A DNA stretch of 64,000 nt from Phaeosaccion multiseriatum (lineage: Eukaryota; Protista; Ochrophyta, other classes): contig OZ218961.1 of NCBI GenBank assembly GCA_965112735.1, positions 1,798,001 through 1,862,000 of the forward strand. The letters are read 5' to 3'. This document shows, piece after piece, positions 32,401 through 45,406 of this stretch. Both the position numbers and the translations under genes were made by a program. Numbering within the stretch: position 1 is the stretch's first letter; each line of letters opens with the position of its first letter. The notes below the pieces were generated by a model. It ran no database searches and was not told where the DNA came from. It worked only from the letters and a program-made list of their open reading frames with translations.

Positions 32401-33721
32401 TTAGGGAGGGGGAGGAGCATGCGGCATGAGGAGGAGGGAGGGGGGAGAAGAGGATTGGGAGGAGGAGGAGGAGGAGGAGGAGGAGGAGGGAGGAGGGGGA
32501 GGACGACGACGAAGACGATGATGGAGGATGATGAGGGAGGGTGAGGAGGACAAGCGAAGCTTACGCAATGTCCGAGGGAGGAGGCCTATCCCTATCAACT
32601 TTTTGTATTTGTGTATCGTAGACTGAAGCTTCAGGACCTGTGCTGTGTGTTGGGGAAGGAACCAAAGAGCCCTACCCCCACCCCTTACGCAGCGCCCGCC
32701 TCTCTGACGCCTCCCTGCCCTCACTGCTCTCCTCCTCCTCCTCCTCCCCCCCCTCCCCCTCCTCCACCCATCCACTCTCCCACTCATCAACAGGAGCTCT
32801 CAGAACCAGCTGGCGGTGGGTCTGGGCTCGTGTGTGTATCTGTGGAGCGCCTGTACTTCTAAAGTGACGAAGCTCTGTGACCTCGGGAACGACAACGCAG
32901 TAACGTCTGTGAGCTGGGCGCAGAGGGGGGGCCACTTGGCTGTAGGAGCCAACAATGGAGACGTGCAGATTTGGGACACTGCAAAGGTCAAGAGCATCCG
33001 AACCATGGAGGGGCACACGGGTAGGGTAGGCTCGCTCGCGTGGAATTCGAACCAGCTGGCCAGTGGGTCGAGGGACAGGATGATCTTCATCAGAGACGTG
33101 CGAGCGGCGAGTACGGGGGGCCGAGGCAGCGGAAATTGGGTCAACAAGCTACCAGGCCACAACCAGGAGGTGTGCGGGTTGAAGTGGAGCTTCGACTACA
33201 GCCAGTTGGCATCTGGAGGAAACGACAATAAGCTCTTTGTGTGGAGTAGCCACTCGCGCACACCGCAGATTTGCTTCAACGACCACTGTGCGGCTGTCAA
33301 GGCCATTGCGTGGTCGCCTCATCAACACGGGTTGTTGGCAAGCGGAGGCGGCACAGCAGACAAGTGCATTCGCTTTTGGAACACACTCAACTCCACGAGC
33401 TTGAGCTGGGTGGACACCGGCAGTCAGGTGTGCAACCTTATGTGGAGCAAGAACATCAACGAGATTGTGTCCACACATGGCTACAGCCTCAATCAGATGA
33501 TCGTGTGGCGCTACCCCAGCATGTCCAAAGTAGCCACGTTGACGGGTCATACTCTGCGCGTGCTGTACCTGGCTATGTCACCGGATGGGCAAACCATCGT
33601 CACTGGGGCCGGCGACGAAACGCTGCGGTTTTGGAACGCCTTCCCGGGGCCCAAGAGCAAGGAGAGGGGCGGAGGCATGGGAAGTAGCCTACTTTTCCCG
33701 GGGGCAGCAGACATTCGGTGA
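29468..33721 (+). CDS. FZR1: Fizzy-related APC/C coactivator CDH1/FZR1 (WD40)
   Basis: Exons 29468-31062, 31869-32007, 32331-32395 and 32794-33721. Contains the C-box DRFIPSR, 'RKIPKVPFKVLDAPQLQDDFYLNLIDWS', WD40 repeats (LASGGNDN, AAVKAIAWSPHQHGLLASGGGTAD, GHTLRVLYLAMSPDGQTIVTGAGDETLRFW) and a C-terminal IR tail. Confidence 0.95.
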
Positions 33722-34669
33722 TTTTTTTTCGTTGATTGGAGTGACTTGAGAAAGGAAGCCGTGGAGATGGCAGGGGGGGTTGTGAATACGATTTGATTGA
33801 TTAATTATTTTAATTAAAATAATTAAAGCGATGGGACTCAAGAGAGTGTTGGAGTAAGTAGATTTAAACGCTGAATAAAAAAGAGTGCGGTCGGAAGGCC
33901 AGTTTTTCAGTCTATTACAGTACTACGAAGTACAATAAAAACCTCCCCCCTTTCTTACACACAATCGACTACTCTTTCCACGGAGTGTGAAGTGCAAAAC
34001 TTACCATTTAAGGAGGAGCACCTTCGTCCACCAGCTCCGCTTTGCCGAGTCCGCCTCAGACTGGGGGTGGGAGGAGGCATCCAAAGGAGAGAGAGAGGGA
34101 GAGAAGAGAGAGACTGGGGGGGGGGGGCGGTTTCTCGATCCCCCAAAGTCGAGCCCCCCGGTCGATTAAGGCCCTTATCGTACGCTCTACTCGATTCTGC
34201 GTAGTCCCCCCCCCCCCCCCCCTCCCTCTCTTCTCTCTCTCTCTCTCTCTCTCTCTCCTCGACCCTGCGTTGTACGTAAGTCACTGAGTCCCTGAAAATA
34301 CGACACGTAAGGTGTCCTGCAGCAGCAGCTGCTGCTGTTGTTGCTTTTGCAGTCATGTCTGTCGCTCCATCCTCCTCCTCCTCCTCCTCCTCCTCCTCCT
34401 CCCACAGAGGCTGCAGCCTGCGTCGCCACGTGACGTAGGCGTTGTCGGCGAATCCCGTCACGCCCTCTCTCTTCTCTGCGCAGGAGAACGGGCAGTCCTC
34501 CACAGGATGAACGTCCAAATGGCGTGGTAGTGTGGTAGTGTGGTAGTGTGGTAGTGTGCATGATGCCCTGCCTTTTGAGACGACTTCCCTCCCGCCCTTG
34601 CCGATGGTCAGCTTTGCTTAGGCCCTATCGCGTCCTGTCCATACGTACGGCCCCTCCTTTCTCCTCCGC

Positions 34670-34795
34670 CTGCTGCTCCTGGTGCTGCTGTTGGTGCTGG
34701 TGCTGCTCCTGGTGCTGCTCCTGCTCCTGCTGTTGGTGCTGGTGCTGCTGTTGGTGCTGCTGTTGGTGCTGGTGCTGGTGCTGGTGCTGGTGCTA
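34670..34795 (+). repeat. (CTGGTG/CTGCTG)n imperfect hexamer repeat
   Basis: Seen directly. Confidence 0.8.
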
Positions 34796-35313
34796 CTTGT
34801 GCTTCCTTCCAATACTCACGCCCTCCCTCCCCCCCGTCTCCTTACGGCATCTGTTGCCAGCTGTGCCGTCACTGACTTACTGCAGCCCAGGTGCCTCCTT
34901 GCCCCGCTGAGAGTGGGACCACCAGCAGCAGAAGGAGTGGGACATGTCGATGGCATTGACCGCCACAGTAATCGCTCCACGCTCCCGTCCAGCGAGGCGA
35001 GACGGGGTGCCGCCCCCCCTCCCGCTGCTGCCACCCCTGCAGCTGTATCATCAACTGCTGTAGATGCTGCTGCCGCTGCTCCTTTGTCTGAAGGGTTCCC
35101 CACACAGCGTTGCTGCTGAGGCTCTCCGCGCAGTCCAACTTCGCAGAGTACTACTTACAACACTCGAGGGTAAGGCCCAGCGCCAACCGGTTGGCAAGTC
35201 GCCGCCAGACCTCTCTCTCTCTCTCTCACACTCTCTCTCGTCGACCATCAGACGCGCGAACGACGGGATGAGTCCATCGCACTCAAACTCACGCTCCGAA
35301 CTCACAAATGGCA

Positions 35314-35793
35314 CTACGAGAGAGGTTCGTCTACGAAGTGGAGGTGCTGCCGCCTCTTCTCCTCTGGTGCAAGTGTTTCGGCCCAGGCCCTGTACCATTC
35401 CACAGCGAGGTCCTTGCGCACACCGGGAAAGTGCACACCGAAGGGCCAATGCTCGCGGTCCGTCTCCGACAGGTCCTCGGCATCCCCCCAACAGTCAGGG
35501 TAGGTCATGAAGTCGAGGTGGTCCACGTATTGGAAGGCGGTGCTCAGCTCGGGGTCGTGGAGCCATTGCCTGGTTAATTCTTCGAAGGCGTCCTGGTCGT
35601 TGTTGATATTCTGGCGGTGTGGAGTGGTATTGGGGAGGAAGATGGATGGATGGATGGGTGGGTGGGTGGATGGGATGGACGGATGGGTGGATGCGCGGTG
35701 AAGACAACAGATGAGGGAAGAGGGCTGGCGGCAAGGCCAATAGACCGTACAAAACAAGGGGAAAAGCACAAGCACCCTTCCTTCCCTCCCTCC

Positions 35794-35824
<31 letters not shown>

Positions 35825-37205
35825 CTTCGCTCCCTCGGCCGACATCAACTACCATACCCCGACACCAAGGACTATGCACTACTCACTCTCTTGAACCTGG
35901 CGTACCGGCCCTCCCACTCCCGCAGCAGCCGATGCCCTGTCTCACTGTTGCGCAGCATCATCGTGCCGCTCATGGCCTTCATCCTATTCTTCTCCCCCCC
36001 AATGCACTCCGCACTCACGACCACATGGGACTCGTCCGAGGTGATTTTGTCCTCCAGTCTCTGTGCAGAGTCAATAAAGTAAAAGTCAACATCGGAGTAA
36101 AAGACCCAATCGAATCCCAGCCCAAAGTAGTATTTGAAGAGCTCAATCTTGACCCAGGAGCTCCGGCGCGTGGGCTTAAAGAGGCGGTCATTGAGAAAGA
36201 AGACGGGGTAGCCATGGGTGGTGGCGTAGTGCGTCCAGTTGTCAATGGTTTCGTCGAGGTGGTACTTGTCGTAGCCAAAGTTCTCATGCTGTTTGCTGCG
36301 TTGGAATGCCGTCACGATGGCGATCGAAGGAGGAGACGAAGAAGAAGAAGGTGGAAGAGGAGGAGGAATAAGAGCAGGAGCGGCCGCTGTGCCCAGCAGC
36401 TGGAGTCTGCGGTGCTGCACAACGGATGACAAGACCGCCGGTGCTGATGCGGGCAAGATCTTCCTCTGCCCCACCACCGTACTCAGGGTCAGGTCCACAT
36501 AGACACACATCTCCTCCCCGGCGCTCTTGATGAAGCTGAGTAGGGGCGTCTCCTCAGCTCTTCCAAGGGGAAGCCTCTCCAAGACCTCCCTCCGTACAGT
36601 GGCATGCCCAAACGAAGTAGCAGCAGTTGATGATACATCACCGCCATCCGTGAGTACCTCGCTGCATGATAGCTCCACCTCCTCTGGAAGACGAAAGCTC
36701 TCGAGCTCGCTTGACATCCGAGAGAGCACTACATCCCTGCCGCCCTCGCTGCTCATCACGCGAGACACAGTCTCCATGTGCTGTGGGTGCATGACAGCCG
36801 TTTGCTGGGTGAAGGAGACGAGCTGCGAATGCGAGGCGGTTGCGCACTGCTTCCAAGCAGCTTCACCACTCTCGGACTCTCCCCTGGAGGGCAGCACTGG
36901 CACCACCTTGATGCCCAAAGAAGGGAACATGGCATCCAGCTCCTGCTCCAACCACTCCTCCTTGCTCGCCACCAACACCACCACCTGCATTCATTTTTGG
37001 TCATAATTTGGTTGGATTGATCGATCAGGACGAAACTTGCTCTCACCTCTTCGGGGAGGAGACTTTGGGCGTGCACGGAAGAAAGGAGCCGCAAAAGCTT
37101 GCCCTGCTCGACAACCGGGCCACAGGGCACACAGACTGCTATGCCGTCTGCGGTGTCTGCTGCTACTAGACTCAGTGCGGCCATGAGGAGCAGCAGCAGC
37201 CACAT
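35314..37205 (-). CDS. Secretory-pathway glycosyltransferase: degenerate GT2-like domain + GT34 (MNN10/galactosyltransferase-like) domain
   Basis: Exons 37205-37047, 36984-35887 and 35610-35314. Signal peptide MWLLLLLMAALSLVAA. GT2-like 'LLSSVHAQSLLPEEVVVLV'. GT34-like 'YATTHGY','SWVKIELF','DWVFYSDVD','SGTMMLRNS','DQDAF','VHFPG'. Confidence 0.75.
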
Positions 37206-37406
37206 GGCTGGGGAGCAGGGGCTAAGATATCGGAAAAAGGGGGGGGGGGGAAGGGGAGATTCAAGGGCAAGAGAGAAGAGAAAAAAAAAAAAAAATCCAT
37301 TTAGAGGCATACGAGTATTCGAGAGTCTTCGTCGCATTGAAAAAAAAAAAAAAGGAGGGGGTTGCGTTGACCGGGAAGTTAGAGGATTAAAGAGGATGAA
37401 TGAGTG

Positions 37407-40400
37407 ATGCGCGAGCTGATCACAAGGGAAATGCACAGCCAACAACAGTCCCCCCCAAGGGAGGGGGCGAGCTCCCATCACCAGGTGGAGAGCGTGGACT
37501 ACCCGTTGGAGCGCACGGTGCGAGGGTCCCAAGGAAGTGGGGACAAGAATGTGGAGGGAGGTGTGCTGCACAGGCTGGAGGTCGCCACGGAACGGGCCAA
37601 GAGGCTCTTCATCACCACACCCAAGGGAACAGAATTAGAGCTATACAAGAGCAAGCTGAGTCGCGAGAAGGAGGGTGCAGGTGTGTGTGTGTGTGTGTGG
37701 GTGTGTGGGGACAATTTTAGGGGAAAGAAGCACCAAACCCTCCCTTCTTCGTGTCCCGCTCTTCCCAATCGCCGACTTCGTGTCCCGCTCTTCCCAATCG
37801 CCGAACAGCACCCGCACTCCCTTCCCTCCCCTTCCGCTGCTGCTGGACCACGGCGCTAGAGACGCACCCTCTGCGGTGCGCCTCTTACCCCACCCGCCAA
37901 CCCTCCTTTTCTCTCAACTCCTCCCTATTGCTCTTCACGTTCATTTGACTTGCTGTTCTCTTCTCTCATCCCTTCCCCATTGCTCTTCACGTTCACATGA
38001 CTTGTATCTTCACCCTCTCCACGCCTCTCAGCGCTGGACGTGTTTGACGTCCTCGCTCATCTCTTCGGGTTCCAGCCAGACAATGGTAAGATGGACAGAG
38101 GCCTCGCAACCAGCTTAAAGAGAAACACGCCACCGTTAAAGGCAGACACTACTAACTATCCCCACCCCAACAAACCACCCCTTCTCCTGCTCAAACAACG
38201 CTTTGTCGCGAGCAGCTTATTATTATAAGCCTTGCGAGTCGTGTTGCTGCCATAATTTTAGCCACGAACTCTTGTTCGCAAGGCTTAAGCTGCTCGCAAG
38301 GCTTAACCTGCACAGACAGACGGCTCTTGTTCGCTGACTGACACAGCCATACTTGCATGGCGTTACGCTTTCCTATGGCATTTTTTGCTCTCATGCTTGC
38401 CCTTCTTCGATTCCTTTCCCCTACTTACTGACTCCTATCGTGCATGCCCCCCCCCCCCTCCCCTCCCCCTCCCCTCGACTCTCCACTAGTGAGGAACATG
38501 AGAGACAGTGCGGTGAGCGTCCTCGTGAGCAGGCAGATGAGCTCCAAGGGCTCGCACGAACCTGGTGAGTGACGTGAGTGACGTGTTGGTTGTTCAGCTG
38601 GTCCAACAGCTGTCCGGCTTGTTGTTAGGTTGGCTGGCACACTTTCATCCGAGAGTCAGCTGCTAGTTTGTATCAGCCCGAGAAGAGGGGGAGGGGGGGG
38701 GTATTTATTGACTTAGTAGGAATCGCCTAAGGAACTGAGTTGAGTCAAAAAGGAGGTGGACCGTGATTGGCTTGTGCCAAAACTTGTACCTATGTCCCGC
38801 TCATGGAACGATTTAATGTGCCTTTCTCTTTCTCTTTCTCTCGCTCTCTCGCTCTCTCTCTCTCTCTCTTCCCAATTTTTTCTTCCGCTGTGTTCTTCTT
38901 CTCTTCTCTCCCCGTCTGTGCATCCATTCTTTACATACATACCATCTGTCGAATAGGCCCCGTCCTTCTCCGCTACCGCAGCGAGGTCCTCCACAACTAC
39001 ACTCGCTGGTGCAAACACCTTCACACCTCCCCTGCCGACTTCGCCAAAGTCTGCGGTGAGAAGGACCACTCACGCAGCGACAGCGCCACCCGCCAAACCG
39101 CCCGGGCAGCTCTGGAAACCGCCCTCTATCTCCTCTTGTGGGGAGAGGCTGCCAACCTGCGCTTCTGTCCAGAGTACCTCGCCTTTCTCTTCCACAAGGG
39201 CGCCACGGGCATCATCAGCATCATCAAGAAGAATGATACTCGCGTCAGCGTCATGGGCGGCGGTTCGGCGTCATCACCCCCACCCACCTATCTGGAGGGG
39301 CTCATAAAGCCTGCGTATGAATTGATCGCCAAAGAGCTTAACAAGGGGGTGGGCGGGCACAGTGATGTCATGAACCACGTCGACATCAAGAACTACGATG
39401 ATGTAAGGCAACATCGATCCACTGCCATCCCCTCTCCTCCACCTTCCCCCCTTCCTCCTCCTCCTCTTCCTCCTCCTCCTCCTCCTCCTCCCCCCTTTCC
39501 TCAGTCCCTCCCCCCCCCCCCCCTACCCCCTAATCAATCACCCTTATACCCTTTGCCCCCCTCCCTCCTTCCGTCGACCCCAGGCCCACCCCGTCTTCAA
39601 TCCTAACACTCCAAGCCATCGCCCCCTCCAACCCTGCTCTCATCCACTGCCATCCCTCCCATCCACTGCCATCGCCCCCATCCACTGCCTTCGCCCCCTC
39701 CCCCCTCCAACCCTGCTCTCATCCACTGCCATCCCTCCCATCACCAGTTCAACGAGATCTTCTGGCGTGTTGATTGCCTGAGACTGGACCTTCAAACCAT
39801 GTGCAGTAAAACTAGCAAGGGGGGAGGCAGCCACTCCCTCGAAGGCAAATTCCACAAGACCTTCACGGAGCGGCAGAGCTGGTCGCTGTGTGTCTTCGCC
39901 TTCTGGCGAGTGCATACCATGCTCATCGTATCACTACATTGGCTAGTGGTGCTCAACGTGTGCAACAGGCAGAGCTACTGTAACGTCAAGTTCTTTCTCT
40001 CGCCAGTGGTGACACTGTACATTTGCTCTCTGCTCAAGGATGTGTACGATGTGTTATTCGCCATGCCGATCGTCGCCAAGGGGGGTGGGAGTTATCTCAA
40101 CATCTTCCTCGTGGCACTGAGGGGAGGCATCAAGGCTGCGGTGCTTGTGGCGCTGGCGGTGGGCATGCTGGTACGTGCCACTGGAACTCAAACTGGGGGC
40201 GGGTGAGAATGGGGAACTTTCCCACGACGTACCCTTGCTCTGCTCTGTGAGCGGGACTGAATATGCTCACTCCCTCACTCACTTACTCATCTGACTCACT
40301 CACTCTCATCCCTTACTCCCTCACTCACTCACTCACTCACTCACCTACTCTCTCACTTTCTCACTTCCTCCCTCCTCCCTCACTCACCCACCCACCCCCC

Positions 40401-43400
40401 CACCCACCCAACCCCCACTTGACTACACCCTTTCGCAAACATGCCAACACACCCCAAACAACCAACACAACTACAACATGCAAACATGCCCAACAACAAC
40501 ACTAACAGGACTCAAGTGACACCCTCATCACCACCATCTCCACCTTCGCCCTGGCCTGGAGTCTCGGGTCGGAAGCCCTCATTTGGCTCGGCTTTTCGCT
40601 CTACTTTGGCCCTTACCTCAACTTTCTTTTGGGTGTCGACGTGGTCAACCTCTACACAAGGGTGCATCGCCTGACACCTTTATTGTCACGCATCCGTTAC
40701 ACGCTGTTTTGGGTGGTGGTGATGGCAAGCAAGTTTGCCTTCTCCTACTTTGTCGTGCTGACAGCGCTTGTGAACAGCACCTTTCGGGTGTATAAGAATG
40801 ACGTGGGCAGCGCGTACAACTTTGCTGCCTTCTCCATCTCAGGTGCGATGGATGGATGGATGGATGGCAGTGGATGGATCGGATCGATCGATTGGATTGG
40901 ATGGGAATTATAGCCTGGAGGGATGGGTGGCAGTGGATAGAGGGATGGCAATGGTTTGATGAGATCAGGGTGATGGATGGCAGTGGATTTGATGAGGATG
41001 AGGGGGATGGATGGCAGTGGAGGGATGGCAGTGGATTTGATGAGGATGAGGGGGATGGATGGCAGTGGAGGGATGCAGTGGATTGGATGAGATGAGGGGG
41101 AGGGATGGCAGTGGAGGGATGACAGCGATCCATCGATGGATGGATTGCGACCGACTTGCGACGTCACGAGTTAAGAACGAGTACGGAGTGAGTGAGTTGC
41201 TATCGGTCGGAAGAGGGGCCTTTTATGTGTGTGGAAGTATGTGTAGACTTACCTTTCCCCCCTCCCCTCCATCCGCTGCCATCCCTCAGACGAGCACAAC
41301 GTCACTATCATCGCTGCCATGTGGCTCGGAGGCGTCACCGTGTACTTTGTGGATACGCACGTGTGGGTAAGTGACATAACACGCCACATTAAGTGACATG
41401 AACCTGCACACATTAACTTGAGTCGGAGGGAGGAGGAGGGTGGGCTTGACGGGGGAGAGGGAGAGAGAGAGGAAGAGAGAGGATGGAGATAGAAAGTGAG
41501 AAAGTGAGAAAGAGAGAGAGAGAGAGAGAGAAATACACGACACTCCACTACGGTACACTGCACCACACACAGGCGCACCACGCACAGGCGTGAGTGGCGG
41601 CAACCACCGAATAGCTTCATCTTCTGCACCCTTCCCTTCTTTTCTTCTTCTTCGTCCTCCTCCTCCTCCTCCTCCTCCTCCTCCCTCCCCTCCTTCCCTT
41701 GTGGCAGCCCCTCCGTTTCCCCGCCTGCTCCCCCCCCCCCTCCTTAGTAAGCACACTTCTCTACGTAATTTCTTGCTTACTAACACACTTCTTGCCCCCC
41801 CCCCCCCCCTTCCTATTCATACTCAACGCAACCAGTTCGTGCTGTGGAGCAACGTCGTTGCCGCCTGGGAGGGACTCCGCCGCCGGGTGGGTGAGGTGAA
41901 CGATTCTACCTCTACAGTTGCGGTGTTTTTCGACCTGCCCAAACGCTTCTGGCAGCACTTCCGAGGGAGGGGGTGGGGGGGCTTGCCCTCTCTGTCAGCA
42001 GGGGGTGGGGGAGGAGGAGGAGGAGGTAGGGGGGCAGCGGTGGTGGGCAGAGAGGACGTGGAGGGAGAGATGCCGACGAAGCGGGTGGTGGATAGGGAGT
42101 TTGCCCTTGTGTGGAACGAAGTGGCGAGGAGCTGGAGGTCGGAGGACATCATACACGATCAGGGTGCGTGAGCGGGTGGGAGGGGAGGGGGTGGGAGGAG
42201 GGGTGGGCGTGACGGGGGGGGGGGGGGTGTTTCTGCTGGTGCTGGCTGGGAGAGAGGGGGGAGAGGAGATGGAGAAGTATAGACGGAGAGTGAGAGAGAC
42301 AAGAGAAGAAAGTGGGGGAGAGAGACAGACAGAGAGAGGGAAAGAGAGAGAAGAAAGAGCTAGACAGAGGACAGAGAGGGAGAGAAAGGGGAGAAGAAGC
42401 ACTCGTTCAGCCACCCATGTCGAGAGGGAAGAAAGGAAGAAGAGTCGAGAAGGTAGAACGTCAGACTCATCGCCTCCTCCTGCCCCCCGTCCTCCTCCTC
42501 CCTCCTCCTCCTGCTCCTCCTCCTCCTCCTCCTCCTCCTTCTCCTCAGACCTGCTGAAGCTCCGCTACTTTGCAATTTCCACGCGGCGCTGGCAGAGAGT
42601 GGAGAAAGGCAGAGACAAGCCGTGTGACATGAAGGAGAGAGTGTCCCACACTCAGGTACCGTACTGTAAGGGAAAGGAGTGGATGGATGGGTGGATGGGT
42701 GGATGGGTGGATGGGGGAATCGGAGGCGGGGGCGGTGAGTATTGGAGGGTCTACTACATCACCTCCCTCCCTCCCTCCCCCCGCCCATCCCTCTCTCCCT
42801 TCTTCCCCATTAAATCAAAACAGGTCCTGGAGCCGGAGTTCATCTTCTCTGGGGCCCTGCAGCGCTTCGAAAAGACGGTACATGACTTTCCGAAGGAGAA
42901 CATGAAGGCCGCCGGACTGATCTCCGAATACACTCTGTTGGACAAGCGGGTGCGTGCGTGCGTTGGGTCGGTCCCTCCCTCAAGCAGCTCCAAGACTGAC
43001 TCACAACTGAAAGACTTGTCTTTTTTGCCCGCGAGTAGGTAGCCATTGCCTACTCGTGTTAAGCCCCCCTTTCTTTCGTTTTCCCCCTCGTTAAAAACCC
43101 CTCTCGCGTTAAACCTTCTTTTGAATTTTAATTTGAAAACAAACAAACAAAAAAAACAAAAAAACAAAACAGGTGCGTGACCTGGAGGGAAAGGCGGCCT
43201 CGATTGAGGCGGAGCAGAGGCAGGGGAGGCGGGGAGATGTGAACATTGCCAAGCTTGGCTTGCGCATCACCGACATGAAACAAACGTCAAAGAAGATGAA
43301 GAATAAGACTGCAGGTGGGTGCGTAGTATGTCAATGGGTGGGTGGGTGCATGAGTGGGTGCGTGAGTGAGCCGGTGGGAGGGTGGATATGGTGTGTGTGT

Positions 43401-44989
43401 GGGGGGGGGGTTTGGTGGGTGGGTGAGGAGTGGGTTGGTTTCGCTGTATATATTTGCTCGGCACCTCAAGCCCCTTTTCTTCCGAAGCTTGCTTGTTTGC
43501 TTCACTCTCCCACTGCCCTGCTGAGTTCCGTTTAATGAAATACTAAGCATCATGTAGCATCAACAAGCACCACCCTTAATCAACACAACATCAACCCCCT
43601 CATCCCCTTTAACAATCAACACTCCCCCCCCCCTTCTTTAACAACCCACCGCAGAGGAGCAGTACAGGTTTCTCAAGGCCCGAGGGGCTAGAAACAAGAT
43701 GACCAACTTGGCGTTGGAGCAGCTCGGGACCACCCTGGCCATGATGCTCGACTCCCTGTGCAGGTGAGAGGTGTATGGGTAGAGTAAAGAGTAAAGGTGT
43801 ATGGGTGTATGAGTAGAGAGAGCGTAGAGCAGGGAGAAAAAACTAGCACAGCAGAGAGCAGACGAGAGTAGTGCAGAGCAGAGCAGAGCAGAGGAGAGGA
43901 GAGGAGAGGAGAGGAGAGGCATGGTCCAATCCACCCCACCCCACCCCACCCCACTCCCCTCCACCACACCTCACCCGACCACCCGACCCTCACCCCACCC
44001 CACGCCCATGCACGCCCACCGTATGTGTGCGTGTTCCACCTGCAACACCTCTTGCACGTCCTTCGCGTGTTGGTAATACGGTAACTCGCAGAGACCCTCG
44101 TCTGTCGGACGCTTTATGGGGCGTGCAGAGGGCCGTCAAGGAGGGCAACAACCACTACAGCCAGACGCTCAGAGCTATGGCAGAGGCTGCGCGGTCCAGG
44201 CTCCTCTTCAAGGCTTGGGACCTGCCAAAGGTGGTTCAGGTGAGTGAGGGGGTGAGAGTAGTTAGTGAGGTGGGTGAGTGAGTGCATCAGTGAGTGAGTA
44301 ACTTAATGACTTGAGCTATGCTGCTCAAATGCCCCACCCCTGCCACCCCCCTACCATCCACTACCATCCACTTCCGCCGTTTGCTCTTCACTGCCCCACC
44401 CCCTCATCCCCTCCCTCCCTCCCTCCCTCCCTCCCTCCCTCCCTCTATCCCCCCCTTCCTTCCCCCTCCCTCCCTCCCTCCCTCCTCCACAGGCCCTGAC
44501 GAACCTGACCAAGGCGCTGAACAGACATGATTGGAAGGCGTGTACCAAGGAGCTCAACGCTGTCCTTCAGAGCATCGAGGCCATCCTTGACGACTCCATC
44601 CAGCCGGAGGATGGCCCCACGTACGTAGGTAGCATGGAGGACAGGAGGCACCCCCCCCCACACACACACCCATTTGCGCACCCACCTACGCACTCACCCC
44701 CCCCCCCCATTCACCCACCCATTCACCCGCCCATTTACCCACCCACCAACCCACTTACCCACATACGCACCCACCCACCCACCCACTCCCACCCCACCCC
44801 AACTCCCCGACCCCTCCTTCCCCCCACCCCCCTCTCCCCCCACCCACCCACCCACCAACCCACCCACTGACCCACCTACCCACTCACCCCCCCACTTCCC
44901 CCATCCCCCCGACCTCTCCCCCTGCAGCCCCCAGGCCAAGCTGCTCATTACGCATCTGAATAAGCTGGTACGTGCAATTCGATCCCTCC

Positions 44990-45025
<36 letters not shown>

Positions 45026-45367
45026 AAGCCAGCGGGAGTACTACGAGTGGGTGCCTGGCCCTCTCTGGTAAGAGGGCGGGGGATGCCGTGTTTCGGGAGT
45101 TTCAGAAGAGCAACAAGGTGTTTCTGCAGCGCACACAGATCTTCCTGCAGGTGAGGTGATGTTGGAGAAGACTTTAGTGACTTATGATTTGTGCACTCTC
45201 AGTGACTGATGATGTATATATACATACATTGCTTCCCTTCCCCTAAAAACCCCCTACACTGCGACCCCCTCACCCCCCCCAACGCCCCCAACCCCCCCCT
45301 CTTACGCACCCACCTACACCCACCCACACGCACACACACACCCACACGCACACGCACACGCACACAC

Positions 45368-45406
<39 letters not shown>

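Noticed and set aside
33955-35270. Possible minus-strand gene between FZR1 and the glycosyltransferase
   Set aside because: Low-complexity ORF fragments, no recognisable motif, and no consistent start or splice model; a hypothetical gene cannot be excluded.
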